In this document: positions 12,716-24,544 of the stretch, piece after piece | Layout of the letters: each line of letters begins with the position of its first letter | Numbering within the stretch: the first letter of the stretch is position 1 | Assembly: GCA_964016885.1 (NCBI GenBank) | Contig: OZ024766.1 | Location: forward strand, 13,082,001-13,146,000 | DNA length: 64,000 bases | Source: Eledone cirrhosa | Lineage: Eukaryota | Direction of reading: 5' to 3' | Notes under the pieces: model-generated | What the model saw: the letters and a program-made list of their open reading frames with translations, nothing else | The model's database searches: none | Told to the model about the DNA's origin: nothing | Made by a program: the position numbers and the translations under genes

Positions 12716-15019
12716 TTAGGGCATTTCTGTATCACCTTGTAGGGCCCGGACGGAATACGGCGGACGATGTTGCGATGGAATACCGTCATTTCTAACGAAA
12801 ACATGCGTCCATGTATCGATGTCTTTTGGTATGTGTGAAGTAACGTGCTGTTGTTTAGGGGCTGAAGGAGACAGATGCGACATTGATGACCGTAAACGGT
12901 GCACATATTTTGTAGGGTCTGGAAGTTCTTGTGGCGAAACAGGAGTGATCATTTGTCCGGGTAGAGTGAGTACGGTGCCATACACCATTTCAGCCGGAGA
13001 ATGTCCGACTCCCTCTTTAACAGTGGAACGAATACCCAGAAGAATGAGTGGGAGGTATTCGAACCAGTTAGTGGAGTCTTCGTAAGCCTTGATAGATGAT
13101 TTTAGCTGGCGGTGTAAGCGTTCTACCATGCCGTTAGCGGCAGGGTGATACGCTGTTGTACGGATGTGTTTGCACCCGAGGAGACGAGTCAGCTCGGTAA
13201 ATAGGTTCGAATCGAACTGACGTCCTCTATCCGTAGTGATGGTCGCGGGTGTGCCGAAACGTGAAACCCAGTGAAACACTAACGTTTTGGCGACAGTTTC
13301 CGCAGTAATATCCGTCAGGGGAAAAGCTTCTGGCCAGCGAGAAAATCGGTCGACACAGGTGAGAAGATGAGTGTAGTTTTGAGAAGGAGGCAAAGGTCCA
13401 ACTATGTCTATATGCACATGTTGGAACCGTGCATCAGGTGTTGCGAAAGAAGCGATCGGGGCTTTGATGTGCCGGTGAATTTTCGCCTTCTGGCACGCGA
13501 TGCAGTTCCTAGCCCATTCGCGGGTGTCCTTGTTGATGTTGGGCCACACAAAGCGGGCAACCATCAGTTTCTGCGTGGCGCGGACGCCAGGATGTACCAG
13601 AGCATGCAGTGTCGAGAAAACGTCGCGTCGATGTTTCCGGGGCACGTATGGGCGCTCGCGGCCTGTGGAGATGTCACACCAAATATAACCCGAAGAAGAG
13701 GGCAGCAGGCATTCCTTCAATTTCAAGGATGATTTCCGGAGTTGCAGCAGTTCCTCGTCATTCTGTTGATCCGCTGCAATCTTCTGGTGGTCGATAGTGG
13801 CAGTGGTGTGGATTGCGTTAAGCTCCATGCGCGATAGGGCATAAGCTGCTGAGTTGGTGGCACCCTTAATGTACCGAATATCAGTAGTGTACTGAGAAAT
13901 GAAGTCCAGATGTCGGACCTCCCTGGGTGAGTGTCGGTCAGGCTTGGCATTGAACGCGTACACTAGTGGTTTGTGGTCGGTGTATATAGAGAACACACGA
14001 CCTTTTAGCATGTGTCGAAAATGCTTGACAGCAAGGTATGCTGCCAATAATTCACGACTAAATGTGCTGTACTTAGTTTCGGCGGGTTTTAATTGCTTAG
14101 AGACAAAAGATACAGGTCGCCAAATATCGCCAGAGAGTTGTTGAAGCACACCTCCAACTCCGAAATCGGATGCATCAGTCAATAAACACATTGGGGCGTC
14201 AGGTTTGGGGTAACTCAGCATTGTAGCCTCGGACAACATTTTCTTCAACTCAGCGAAAGCGGTATATTCTTTTTCGCTGAGCTTGATGTTTGCGTTTTTG
14301 GTTGTACGCTGCCGCAGCAAATCTGTGAGTGGTTGGGCTGTCTCTGCACAGTGGGGTATAAATCTTCTGTAGAAGTTTACCAGGCCAAGAAATTCTCGCA
14401 GTTTGCGGAGAGATATAGGTTGTGGAAAATCAATGATGGATTTGAATTTCTCCTTAAGTGGGCGAATACCATCTTTGTCAATGATGTGTCCCAGAAAATG
14501 AAGGGACGCAACTCCGAACTCACATTTGCTGGGGTTGATAACAATTCCATATTCACGCAAACGTGTGAATAGGAGATCCAGGTGTTTCTCATGTGCTTCA
14601 TCGGAGCTGCTGGCCACCAGTAAGTCGTCAATGTATGCGTATACAAAAGGTAGACCCCTGGTGACTGTATCGATGAATCGCTGGAATGTCTGCGCTGCAT
14701 TTCGCAAACCGAAAGGCATACGCAGAAATTCGAACATTCCAAAGGGTGTTGTGACGGCGGTCTTTGGAATATCTGCGGGCTCAACGGGTATCTGATTGTA
14801 AGCTCGCACAAGATCGATCTTCGAAAATATGCGAGCCCCGTGCAGCGAGCTAGAGAAGTCCTGTAGATGAGGCACTGGATAAGAGTTAGGAACGGTGCAG
14901 TTGTTCAGTGCACGGTAGTCGCCACAGATTCGCCAGTCGTTCGACGACTTCTTGGGTACACAGTGTATGGGTGAGGACCAGTTGCTGCTGGACGGACGTA
15001 TGATGCCGAGATCCAGCAT
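12716..15019 (-). CDS. pol: Gypsy pol (RT, RNase H, integrase); GPY/F tail continues frameshifted to 12487
   Basis: RT motifs [15 protein letters not shown] and YIDD; RNase H TDAS and YTDHKPL; integrase HHCC and D,D,E (HIDIVGP, TDRGRQF, NGMVER). Confidence 0.92.
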   Translation of the reverse strand: MLDLGIIRPSSSNWSSPIHCVPKKSSNDWRICGDYRALNNCTVPNSYPVPHLQDFSSSLHGARIFSKIDLVRAYNQIPVEPADIPKTAVTTPFGMFEFLRMPFGLRNAAQTFQRFIDTVTRGLPFVYAYIDDLLVASSSDEAHEKHLDLLFTRLREYGIVINPSKCEFGVASLHFLGHIIDKDGIRPLKEKFKSIIDFPQPISLRKLREFLGLVNFYRRFIPHCAETAQPLTDLLRQRTTKNANIKLSEKEYTAFAELKKMLSEATMLSYPKPDAPMCLLTDASDFGVGGVLQQLSGDIWRPVSFVSKQLKPAETKYSTFSRELLAAYLAVKHFRHMLKGRVFSIYTDHKPLVYAFNAKPDRHSPREVRHLDFISQYTTDIRYIKGATNSAAYALSRMELNAIHTTATIDHQKIAADQQNDEELLQLRKSSLKLKECLLPSSSGYIWCDISTGRERPYVPRKHRRDVFSTLHALVHPGVRATQKLMVARFVWPNINKDTREWARNCIACQKAKIHRHIKAPIASFATPDARFQHVHIDIVGPLPPSQNYTHLLTCVDRFSRWPEAFPLTDITAETVAKTLVFHWVSRFGTPATITTDRGRQFDSNLFTELTRLLGCKHIRTTAYHPAANGMVERLHRQLKSSIKAYEDSTNWFEYLPLILLGIRSTVKEGVGHSPAEMVYGTVLTLPGQMITPVSPQELPDPTKYVHRLRSSMSHLSPSAPKQQHVTSHIPKDIDTWTHVFVRNDGIPSQHRPPYSVRALQGDTEMP

Positions 15020-15272
15020 GTGCTGAAATTCTTGTTTGACGGACTTCAGCCGGTCTGGTGGTAGCCTTTAGGTCGTGCAGCGACAGGTGGGCCGTGTGTT
15101 ATTATGCGAACTGCGCTTCGATGTGCGCGAACCACAGTGTTAGATCGTGCACCCAGAATGGTGGAATTCTTAATGTAAATGCCGCCCTCACTGCCATTTC
15201 TGCCGTAGATGAATCGTCGTGTGCTAGAGACATCGTTTGTAGTGGATGATCAGAAGTTGTGTGTCTGTTTTA

Positions 15273-15283
15273 CGGGGTCACCA
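15273..15283 (-). promoter_or_regulatory. Primer-binding site, tRNA-Trp type
   Basis: TGGTGACCCCG lies 2 nt after the 5' LTR end (…CCGTTACA). Confidence 0.75.
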
Positions 15284-15694
15284 GTTGTAACGGAATATGT
15301 GGTTGTATCGATCAGCCAGGCAGGAGAGGAAATTAGTGACGGACTGGTGTATTTCGTGACGAGAGCTTGTAAAGGCCACTTGTGTTGTCTGTATATCACT
15401 TCTTTTCTGTCGGGGCGTAAACAACCCCTGTATTTATAAGAGTTGAAGTTAGAAGGATAGATATATCCTCTGAACTTTGGTTAGAGTCTCCCAAGGGATT
15501 AGTTTGCCAAGCGTAAACAACTCAGAAAGATGGATATATTCTCTGACCTTTTCTGTCAGGCGTAAACACCTCTGACCTGTGTTTAGCATCCCCCAGGGGG
15601 TTAGTCTCTTGAGCGTAAACAACTTACCATGGCTTGTTCCAGAGGCGGGAAAGCTCAGATTCGGTTTCCAATCTTTGCCGCCGTTGTATATATA

Positions 15695-16140
15695 TAACAA
15701 AGGAGGTGTGGTAAGGAACCAGAAGGACCATAATGCACCAGAGTACTCAATATATAAATATATATATATCAGTGGCAAAGAGTAACCTGGAAAGCAGGGT
15801 ATGCAGTTCAATCGCCATGGTGGAAAGTATGAAAGTTGGCCTACTTTCATACACAATCCTTAGAATTTGCTGTTTAGATTTCACTTTCAACGCTTGACCG
15901 GCTCCCCCACTCCCTCATTGCTCTACAGGCAAGTTCAGCCATCCCCACCTCCCACCCACTGCCATGATAGACTTAATTGTGTTTACCAGGAATTTTTGAC
16001 CAATCCTCTTGACAGCTACAATCTTCCCATATAAGGAAGTACCCCTTGAAAAGTTCGGCTATTTATTTACCAGGCTAAAAATTCTAATTTAGTCCAGAAA
16101 TAGCCGTCGAAACGGCTTGAGCTCTACTGTCGGGGTCATA
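15695..16140 (+). mobile_element. Penelope-like pLTR remnant with an inverted terminal piece
   Basis: 15695-15752 is the reverse complement of 22064-22125, and about 15900-16140 parallels about 21780-22030. Confidence 0.65.
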
Positions 16141-16155
16141 CATTTTCCTATATAT

Positions 16156-19100
16156 ATCATCATCATCATCATCTTCGTTTAACGTCCATTTCCCACGCTA
16201 GCATGGGTTAGACGGGAGTTGAGGCAAGGCTGGTCGGGTGACCGTGTCTCACTCATATAGAACTATCTGGCAGGTTTTCTACGGCTGGATGCCCTTCCTA
16301 ACACCAACCACATTTACAGTGTAGAACTGGGAACTTTTTACCATGTTACCTACACGACCACATTACAGCGTGGACTGTGTGTTTTTTTTTTTCCGTGACA
16401 CCTACACGAACTCGATTTCATTTTCTCATGCTGTTGGTGGGAGTGGGAGGATAGAGTAGGGGTAGTAGATTGGGGTGTATATTTGGTTAAGAGGTGCCTA
16501 CTGACTGTAGGTTTCGCTTTGTACATAGGCAAGGCGGGTCTTCTGTATTACTGCATAGCACCAAAGATCTCGGTCCAATGACATTGTCTTAGAGATATGT
16601 AAGTATGTAAGGTCGGAATTTATCAGATCATCCCAGGTTTTTCTGGGTTTACCTACTCCGTAACTACCATCAATTTTGATCGCCCTGCACTTTTTTATAC
16701 AACTGTCGTCTTTCATGCGCATCACATGGCCATACCAATGTAGTCTTCTCTCAAGTAAACAGCATCTGATCCCTCTTATTCCTAATTTCTCACTTAGTTC
16801 ATATATGCTTTGCCGTTCACGTATATTACTATTACATATCCAACGGAGCATGCATGCTTCGTTCCTTTCCAGCCTACGCAGGTCCTCAGCACGTAATGCC
16901 CATGCCTCACTGCCATGTAACATTGCTGTTCGTATACAGGCATCATACAATCTGCCTTTCATTTTTAGAGAGAAACCTTTTGTGGCCAACAGCAGTATAA
17001 GCGCTCTGAACTTTTTCCATCCCGTTCTGACTCTGGCTACTGTACTTTCAGAACACCCTCCACCACTGTTGATTTCGTCACCCAGGTAACGGAAAGTGTC
17101 TGCTATTTCTATAGAACCATCTGGGCAATGGAAGGAGCTAGTATCCTTTGGACACTTGCTACTTATTGCACCTGAGCATTGGCCACATATAAAGTCTACG
17201 TTCTTAGATAGTTTACCTGTGATCCCACTACATCTTTTATGTACCCATACTTTGCATTTGGGACATAAAATGGAATTTCTGCCTACTCCTTTCCTACACA
17301 CTGAGCATGGCCATTTCCTTGAGGGCACCTGTGCCCTATTTTCCTTTCTACAAACTAGAACTTTAGTCTTAGACAAGTTAACTTTAAGGCCTTTTGATTC
17401 TAGGCCATGCTTCCATGTTTCGAATTTCTTCTCTAGTTCAGCCATTGATTCAACTATGAGCGTTAGATCATCTGCGTATAGGAGTTCCCATGGGCAGCTG
17501 GTCTTGAACTCCTCTGTTATAGCCTGAAGGGCAATAATAAATAAGAGGGGGCTAAGGACAGAGCCTTGATGAATGCCAACTTTTACACTAAATTCTTCAC
17601 AATATTCATTGTTAATTCTAACCTTACTGACTGTTTCATTATACATAGCTTGTATAGCTCTCACCAGCCATTCATCTACATCTAGTTTTCTAAGAGCCCA
17701 CCAGATAATGGAGCGGGGGACTCTGTCAAAAGCTTTCTCCAAGTCTACAAAGGCAAAGTAGAGGGGCTTACTTTTAGCTAGGTACTTCTCTTGTAGTTGT
17801 TGTACAAGGAAAAGAGCGTCTGTGGTACTTTTACCTGACACAAACCCAAACTGCATTTCATCTAGATCAATTCGCTCTCTGATTAGTTGCGCTATTACTC
17901 TTTCTGTGACCTTCATGACCTGGTCAACTAACTTAATGCCTCTATAGTTTCCCCTATCTAGAGCATCCCCTTTACCCTTGTAGCAGTTAATGATGATGCT
18001 GCTACGCCAGTCTTTCGGTATGACCCCATTCTGTATTACTTGATTAACTATACAGGTGACCATAGTGTGTCCCGCCATACCAGATGCCTTCAACATCTCA
18101 GCAACTACCTCCGAAGGCCCAGCTGCCTTGCCTGTCTTCATATCTTTGATTGCCTTACTTATTATACTACCTTTACCTTGCACCATTGGATCGATTTGGG
18201 GCAGACTATCTTTCTCCCATTTATTCTCCTCATTTAATAGTCTCTCGTAGTGACACTTCCAGGCTTATCAGTGAGCGCAAGTACACCATTATCATTACAG
18301 ACACACTTCTCCCCGACAATATCACGGTTTTCCTTGAGACATTGTCTAGCAATCCTGAACACCTCACGTTTTTGGTCCTCACGTTGCGGAACATGCTTGA
18401 ACTTTCTATCCTCTGCTACCCTTTTTGCAAGGTACACTTGTCTCCTAGCTTCACTCCTGGCCACTTGATAGTGCTCTCTACTTCCCCCCATCCTGCCATT
18501 CTTTCCAAGCCTGCTTTTTGCCCTTGATTGTCTCTTCCACCTCACTGTTCCACCACCAAGTTACTCTCCTCCTGCCAATAGGTCTGCTCCAGCCACAGAT
18601 TTCATCTGTTGCTTTCAGCAGGTTCTCTTTCAAGAATTGCCACTGTTCCTCTCTATTGCACATCTCTAATTGCTCTTCCTTATTGTCAAAGGCAACAAAT
18701 AATAAGCTTTTAAATTTGTCACTGGCTATGGGGTCCTTCAACTTCCATATTCTTCTCCTCAAGGTAGGCCTCCTCTGTCGTCGAGTACGTCTATTCCTGA
18801 CTATGAGGTCACTAACTACTAGGCGATGTTGGGAGGTGCATTCTTCACGGGGGAGGGATTTAGAGTTTACAACAGACATTTTGTCCCGTCTTCTAGTAAG
18901 GATATAATCTATCTGGCTGGCGTGTTCCCCTGATCTATAGGTGATCAAGTGGTTTTCACGTTTTTTGAAGTTTGTGTTACATATAGTTAGGCTATTTGCA
19001 TCACAGAATTCCAGGATTCTGAAACCCTTCTCATTTCTATTTCCAACCCCATAGCCTCCATGAATTCCATCATAGCCATCACTATGTTGTCCAACGTGAC

Positions 19101-19720
19101 TGTTTAGATCGCTAGCAATAATTAAGTAGTCGCTGTCGGTTATTTGGGAGGTAGTGTGCATTAGCATCTCATAGAACCTGTCCTTTATAACATCAGGGAG
19201 ACCAGATTGGGGTGCATAAGCGGATATTATTGTCACAGTAATTCTATTTAGAACTAGTCTTAATTCAATTATTCTGTCATTCACTATATTTACGTCATTA
19301 CCTTATCTACCCATTTTTCAGCTAACATAATTCCTACACTACCCTGTCCGTTGTCATTTCCCACCCAGAAAAGTTTATAGCATCGTTTTTTACCCACGAT
19401 GAATCTGGCAGATCCCCCTCTCCACCTAGTCTCTTGAATACAACAAACATCAACTTCTTTACGTTCAATCATCTCTACAACCTCATTTGAGCGACCTTTC
19501 AATGTGCCTACGTTCATGGTACCAACTCTGAAGTTGGGAGGGTGGGATGGATGGGTTGGAGGGGCAGGGAGGGGTGTGGGAGACGGGATTTTGTTGGTCA
19601 TCTGTGTCTGAAATAAAGAGGGATCCTTGTATTCTCGTCTTGCAGCAGGAGGTGAATTTGTCTTTATCTGTGACATTGTCATTGAGTGCCATACGTACAT
19701 ATATATATGTGTGCATGTAT
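16156..19720 (-). mobile_element. Near full-length RTE (BovB-like) LINE; ORF broken into 4 pieces
   Basis: APE endonuclease (GTMNVG, CIQETRW, SQIDYIL, SQHRLV), RT (VDLEKAFD, HQGSVLSP, YADD), a PHD-like Cys insert (CSVC..CPKC..H..C..CGQC) and a (gat)n tail. Confidence 0.93.
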
Positions 19721-20143
19721 ATATACTACTGTACGTCTGTATACATATATGTATGTATGTATACATACTTTATATTTAAGTAACAGCCGCACTAAGAGTG
19801 AGAAATGAAATTTTGTTTCATTTTTTCCACACATATATATATATATATAGAATAGGGGAAGGGGGTGGGGCTACTGAAGCTACAAAGGACCGAGGGGCTG
19901 CCTCGGGTGGGCGAGAAAATGAAAAGGACGACGACAAAGAAAGAGGACTGGGGTGGAAGGACTAGGGAGGGATGGGGAGAAGAAGGAAATATAGAGGAAG
20001 CGATAAAAAGATATAAAAGATCTTACGTCTACCTTTGCAAGCAGGGGTTACCCATTACAAAATCGGCAAGTGGGGTGTTATAGCCCTAGTCTACCCCACG
20101 GGTCATTATGGGGTTTTAGGGCGAGGTAAGTCCTACGCAATCT

Positions 20144-20818
20144 GTGTTTACATGCAGTAACCAGTTCAATCCTCCCCACAACGCCGAGGTGACAACTCCT
20201 ATCGGGAAAATCTTCTTTAGGCTCATTGAAAAACACTTCCCACTACAACACCGCTACCACAACATAATTAACAAAAATACCATCAAACTCTCTTACAGCA
20301 CCACACCAAACTTTGCACAAAATATCGTCTCCTCTAACAACAAAAAACTCAACCCCTATGGAAGAAATAACCTAAATAGCAGTGGAGAGCCGACCAGGAG
20401 GTGCAACTGTCCTGATGGATCCATTTTCCCCCTCGACAACAGATGCAGAGATCGTAATGTGATCTACCAGTGCAACGTGAGGACGGACACCTCCAACAAA
20501 GCTTATATAGGATTAACCGCATGTGACTTCAAGACCCGGCTATACCAACACAGGAATACCTTCCGAAACCCGGCCCGGCGTCACGCCACTACACTTTCGG
20601 GCCACATATGGGACCTCAAGGATAACAACATTACCTATGATCTCACTTGGAGCCTACTGTCCAGAGCCAACTCTTACACGGGAGGACGCCGTCCGTGCAA
20701 TTTATGCTCGGAGGAAACTTTACAAATGAAAGATGGACTAGTTACTGCATGTAAACATAGATTGCGTAGGACTTACCTCGCCCTCAAACCCCATAATGAC
20801 CCGGGGAGGGGAGACTAG
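20144..20818 (+). CDS. Penelope RT C-terminus + GIY-YIG endonuclease fragment (true homology starts at about 20165)
   Basis: FNPP..TPIGK, NKNTIKLSYS, CNC..PL..C, NVIYQ..YIGLT..FKTRLYQH, CNLC.EE. Confidence 0.85.
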   Translation: MFTCSNQFNPPHNAEVTTPIGKIFFRLIEKHFPLQHRYHNIINKNTIKLSYSTTPNFAQNIVSSNNKKLNPYGRNNLNSSGEPTRRCNCPDGSIFPLDNRCRDRNVIYQCNVRTDTSNKAYIGLTACDFKTRLYQHRNTFRNPARRHATTLSGHIWDLKDNNITYDLTWSLLSRANSYTGGRRPCNLCSEETLQMKDGLVTACKHRLRRTYLALKPHNDPGRGD

Positions 20819-21931
20819 GGCTATAACACCCCACTTGCCGATTTTGTAATGGGTAACCCCTGCTTGCAAAGGTACGGTAGACGTAAGATCTTTTATATCT
20901 TTTTATCGCTTCCTCTATATTTCCTTCTTCCCCCCATCCCTCTCTAGTCCTTCCACCCCAGTCCTCTTTCTTTGTCGTCGTCCTTTTCATTTTCTCGCCC
21001 ACCCGAGGCAGCCTCTCGGTCCTTTGTAGCTTCAGTACCCCCACCCCCTTCCCCTATTCTATGATAGATTTGGCTGACTCCGCTTTTTATAGCAGATGTG
21101 TTAGACCCCGGATACTTGCCTCCTTATCCGACCGCTGCCCCTTTTCCGTGCTTTCTATATTTCTTAGTGGTATCTTTGCTTTAATTTCTCATATATCAGT
21201 ATTTTTTTTTGGGGGGGGAGGGGGGAGGGGATTCTGAACTAATTTTCCGTATCAAATTTTACTTCGTACGAGCTTTTATGTAGTTTGCACTAGAACTTTT
21301 GTATCGTGGCGGCACCCTTAGAGATAGTATTAGTATTCTTTTTCGGGACTCTGAATTATTATTTCGTATTAGTTTACTTTTTGCACTGGGTGGTTGCTGG
21401 CCTTGTGCCTGGGGTAGAAACCTTTATTTATTATTTCGTGGTAGTTTCTTTAGTATTTTGGCCCCTCACTTGTTGACCCGTCACCGTAAGATATACTTGG
21501 TTTATTACTTATACCTCTTAAAAGGGTCTCATTATAATTCCGTCCCACCTAGTAAACCTTTCTTTAGCCTAGCAGTACCAGTGAGAGACTTAGGTCGATT
21601 TGTTTATTTTTTTTCTTTTTTACATTTAATTGCTTTTTAACACTCTCGGTATTTTTCTATATATTTACCCCATATTGTTTTACTAATTGTTTTACTAATT
21701 GTTTCGACTTCCTCCCCCTCCCCCTCCCTAGTATCCTCTTTGACCTCATGCCCAGCTGTAGTCGGCACTATCAACGCATGACTGGGTCTCCTCCACCTCC
21801 TCTCCCTCTTTCTCCTACTGGCAGGTTCAGCTACCCCTTCCCTCCACAAATTGCCATCATAGAATTATTATGTCTCAACAACAAACTTTTGACCAATCCT
21901 CGTGACAATCACTTTTACCATATATGGAATT

Positions 21932-22027
21932 ACCCCTTTAGAAGCTCGGCTATTCAAATACCAGGATAAAAATGTTCATTTAGTCCAGAATTAGCCGTCG
22001 AAACGGCTTGAGCTCAGCCGTCGGGGT
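21932..22027 (+). ncRNA. Hammerhead-like fold with non-canonical core (second copy at 16041-16136)
   Basis: Stem I acccc/ggggt, stem II cggcta/tagccg, GAAA, stem III acggc/gccgt with a gagctc loop and a GUC site. The CUGANGA position reads TTTAGAA here and TTGAAAA in the other copy. Confidence 0.55.
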
Positions 22028-22160
22028 CCTACTCGTTCCTATTACCCACTCTACTACCCTAAGTATTGAGTACTTTGGTGCGTTATGGTCCACCTGGTTC
22101 CTTACCACATTTCCTCCGTTATATATAAATATATATATATATTTACACTTCTCATTTCAG

Positions 22161-22310
22161 AGACAGTTTCAGTATTTTTTGGCAAAAATAAGGAACCCTT
22201 TTGTACATCAATATGTACAACCAGACCTTTGAGCTGTTCAGGGGATGTAAACGCTTGGTCTATTTCTATAAAAGGAGAGGGTACCTGTATCGAAACATTA
22301 TCATTATCAG
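22161..22310 (+). CDS. Exon (phase 1-1) of EGF/F-type-lectin protein
   Basis: ctcatttcag acceptor and G|gtctgt donor; 150 nt open (xTVSVFFG...GTCIETLSLSG); joins the next exon in frame. Confidence 0.55.
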
Positions 22311-22469
22311 GTCTGTTGATCTTTATTCATTCAAACTTTAGTTGTTAATCTCTACAAACTGTGACTGTTAACCCTTTAGCATTTAAAGCGACTGTATCTG
22401 GCCAGAATTCTCTCACCTCTTTCTGTTCAAACTGGCTGTAACCAGCCGTTCATATTCATGTTAAGATAA

Positions 22470-23365
22470 TTGTTTCTACTTTAGGCACAAGGCCAGCAAT
22501 TACCCAGTGCATTACTCAGATCGTAAAGGGCCGTAACTCTATGCTGGAAAGCATGGCGTCCGACCCTCCACCGATACTGCCAACCCACCGTCCTTATTAA
22601 TGTTAAGATAATGTTCTCAAAATAGATAATATCAAAATCTAATATATTCAATATTATGTTTCTACTTTTGGGGGCACAAAGCCAGCAATTACCCCAGTGT
22701 ATTACTGATACTTTATTTTATCGACCCCCGTAAGGATGAATGGCAAAGTTATCCTCGACGGGATTTGAACTCAGACCATAATATTAGGTGAGATAATTAT
22801 GTGAGACTGGCAGTAATCGGTAGAGTGTCAGACATCATGTTTACGGCCCTTTATGTTCTGAGTTCAAATCCCGCCGAGGTTAACTTTGCCTTTCATCCTT
22901 ACAGGGGTCGATAAAATAAAGTACCAGTAATGCACTGGGGTAATTGCTGGATTGGACTGGCAGTAATCCGTAGAGCATCAGACACCATGTTTTGCAGCAT
23001 AGAATTATGGCCCTTTACGTTCTGAGTTCAAATCCTGCTGAAGTTAGCTTTGCCTTTCATTCTTACGGAGGTCGATAAATAAAGTACCAGTAATGCACTG
23101 GGGGTAATTGCTGACTGGCCTTGTGCCAAAAGTAGAAACAATTATTATTATTGGATTGGCAGTAATCCGTAGAGTGTCAGACACCATGCTTTGCAGCATA
23201 GAGTTATGGCCCTTTACGTTCTGATTTCAAACCCGCCAAGGTTTGCCTTTCATTCTTATGGGGGGAGGGGGGTCAATAAAATAAAGCACCAGTAATGCAC
23301 TGAGGTAATTCAGCAATTACCCCTGTGTATTACTGGTACCTTGTGCCAAATAGTAGAAACAATTA
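22470..23365. mobile_element. Cluster of SINE copies in both orientations, partly inserted into a reversed TTAA MITE starting at 22368
   Basis: Repeated gagttcaaatcccgccgaggttaactttgcctttcatcc...gtcgataaaataaagtaccag. atgttaagataat is duplicated around the first insert. Confidence 0.7.
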
Positions 23366-23432
23366 ACTGTAGATGAGAGAGAACTGTGGAAATGTAGTCC
23401 ATCAGTGTGATAAATTCTAACTTTTAACATAG

Positions 23433-23576
23433 GTTGTGCATCTCAATGGTATGGATATACTTGTAACAAGCAATGCCATTGTTTAAACGATGCTGACTGC
23501 CATCAACAAACTGGGGCTTGCCCATATGGCTGTGAAGAAGGATGGACCGGACCGGATTGCCAAGTAAAAACCTATA
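23433..23576 (+). CDS. Exon (phase 1-1) encoding MEGF/SREC-type EGF-like repeat
   Basis: ttttaacatag acceptor and A|gtaagt donor; 144 nt; GCASQWYGYTCNKQCHCLNDADCHQQTGACPYGCEEGWTGPDCQ. Confidence 0.88.
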
Positions 23577-23759
23577 GTAAGTAGATTTCTAATTATCATG
23601 CCGTTGTTGTTGCTGTCGCTGTTGAGGCTGAGGTTGCTATATCATCATCATCATCATCATCGTTTACGTCTATCTTCCATGCTAGCATGGGTTAGTCGGG
23701 AGTTGTCCCAATTGAGGCAAGATTGGTCGGGTGACCGTGTCTCGTTCGTATAGGACTAT

Positions 23760-24040
23760 ACTGTCTCAAGCCTGAAGGCTCATTAGGCCAATGCTTATCC
23801 TGGTTTCATGGCATAAAGCGACTGTGAGTACAAGACTTCCTCCTGGACAGGACATCAGTCCATTGCAGGGTTACACCCTCCACAGCTATTGCTGGTGCTC
23901 ATTTTCAGCAGAGTATACTGGAGCAACGTGAAATGAAGTGTTTTGCTCAAGAACACAACACACAACCCACCCCAGAAATCGAACCCATGACATTATGATT
24001 GTAAGTCCAACACACTTAACACTAGGCCACATGCCTCTAC
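23760..24040 (-). mobile_element. tRNA-derived SINE, near complete (parent of the 127-bp satellite)
   Basis: Pol III-like head at about 23975-24035 and tgttcttgagcaaaacactt domain; the tail matches the 41984-48195 unit. Confidence 0.75.
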
Positions 24041-24207
24041 TGGAAATATGGAATAATTTAGAGATAACGTAAAAGATATTTCAAAAGTTTAGTATATAGA
24101 AAACCATTTGTCTTTTCCCACTGGATCAATCATCATTTCAACTGACTGAGATCCATTTCATTTCATAGTAATTGACTTTCATTAAATTTTCTTTCATTCT
24201 TTGTCAG

Positions 24208-24465
24208 GAAATATAGCTATTGGTGAAGTAGCTACACAAACCACGACAGACAAAACAAGCAGTGTAATTCTAATGAAAAACAATGTTTGTCGCAATGAAA
24301 TGTACTCAATGTCAGCTAACCTGGCTGTAGATGGTAACTTCGATCAAAACCCACAACACAGATCTTGTTCTCATACAATGAGCTCTCCAACATCATTGTG
24401 GACTCTTGAACTCAGACAAACATACGATATTTCCCAACTAAGGATATATTATAACTATATTGATA
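24208..24465 (+). CDS. Exon (phase 1-1) encoding N-terminal half of an F-type lectin/galactose-binding-like domain
   Basis: ttctttgtcag acceptor and A|gtaagt donor; 258 nt; NIAIGEVATQ...ANLAVDGN...SCSHT...WTLEL...ISQLRIY. Confidence 0.85.
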
Positions 24466-24544
24466 GTAAGTTGGTTTTTTTGTTTGTTTGGAAAAATTTT
24501 GTCTTCTTGCCTGTTACACTTTACAATTTCACTTCCCTCTAGAA

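Larger units (their letters stand above)
11360..15688 (-). mobile_element. Ty3/Gypsy LTR retrotransposon lacking gag and protease
   Basis: LTR-like direct repeats at about 11360-12074 and 15286-15688 (TGTAACGG...CCGTT(A/G)TA), PBS at 15273-15283, PPT (actggaagggagg) at about 12078-12090, and an RT-RH-IN ORF. Confidence 0.9.
19847..22125 (+). mobile_element. 5'-truncated Penelope-like element (Neptune-type) with inverted 5' duplication
   Basis: 19847-20165 is the reverse complement of 20737-21062. It carries an RT thumb + GIY-YIG ORF, a long 3' pLTR, and is bounded by (TA)n tracts. Confidence 0.88.

Noticed and set aside
17130-17330. PHD-like Cys cluster inside the RTE RT as a novel captured domain
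   Set aside because: This insert is a known feature of many invertebrate and fish RTE elements.
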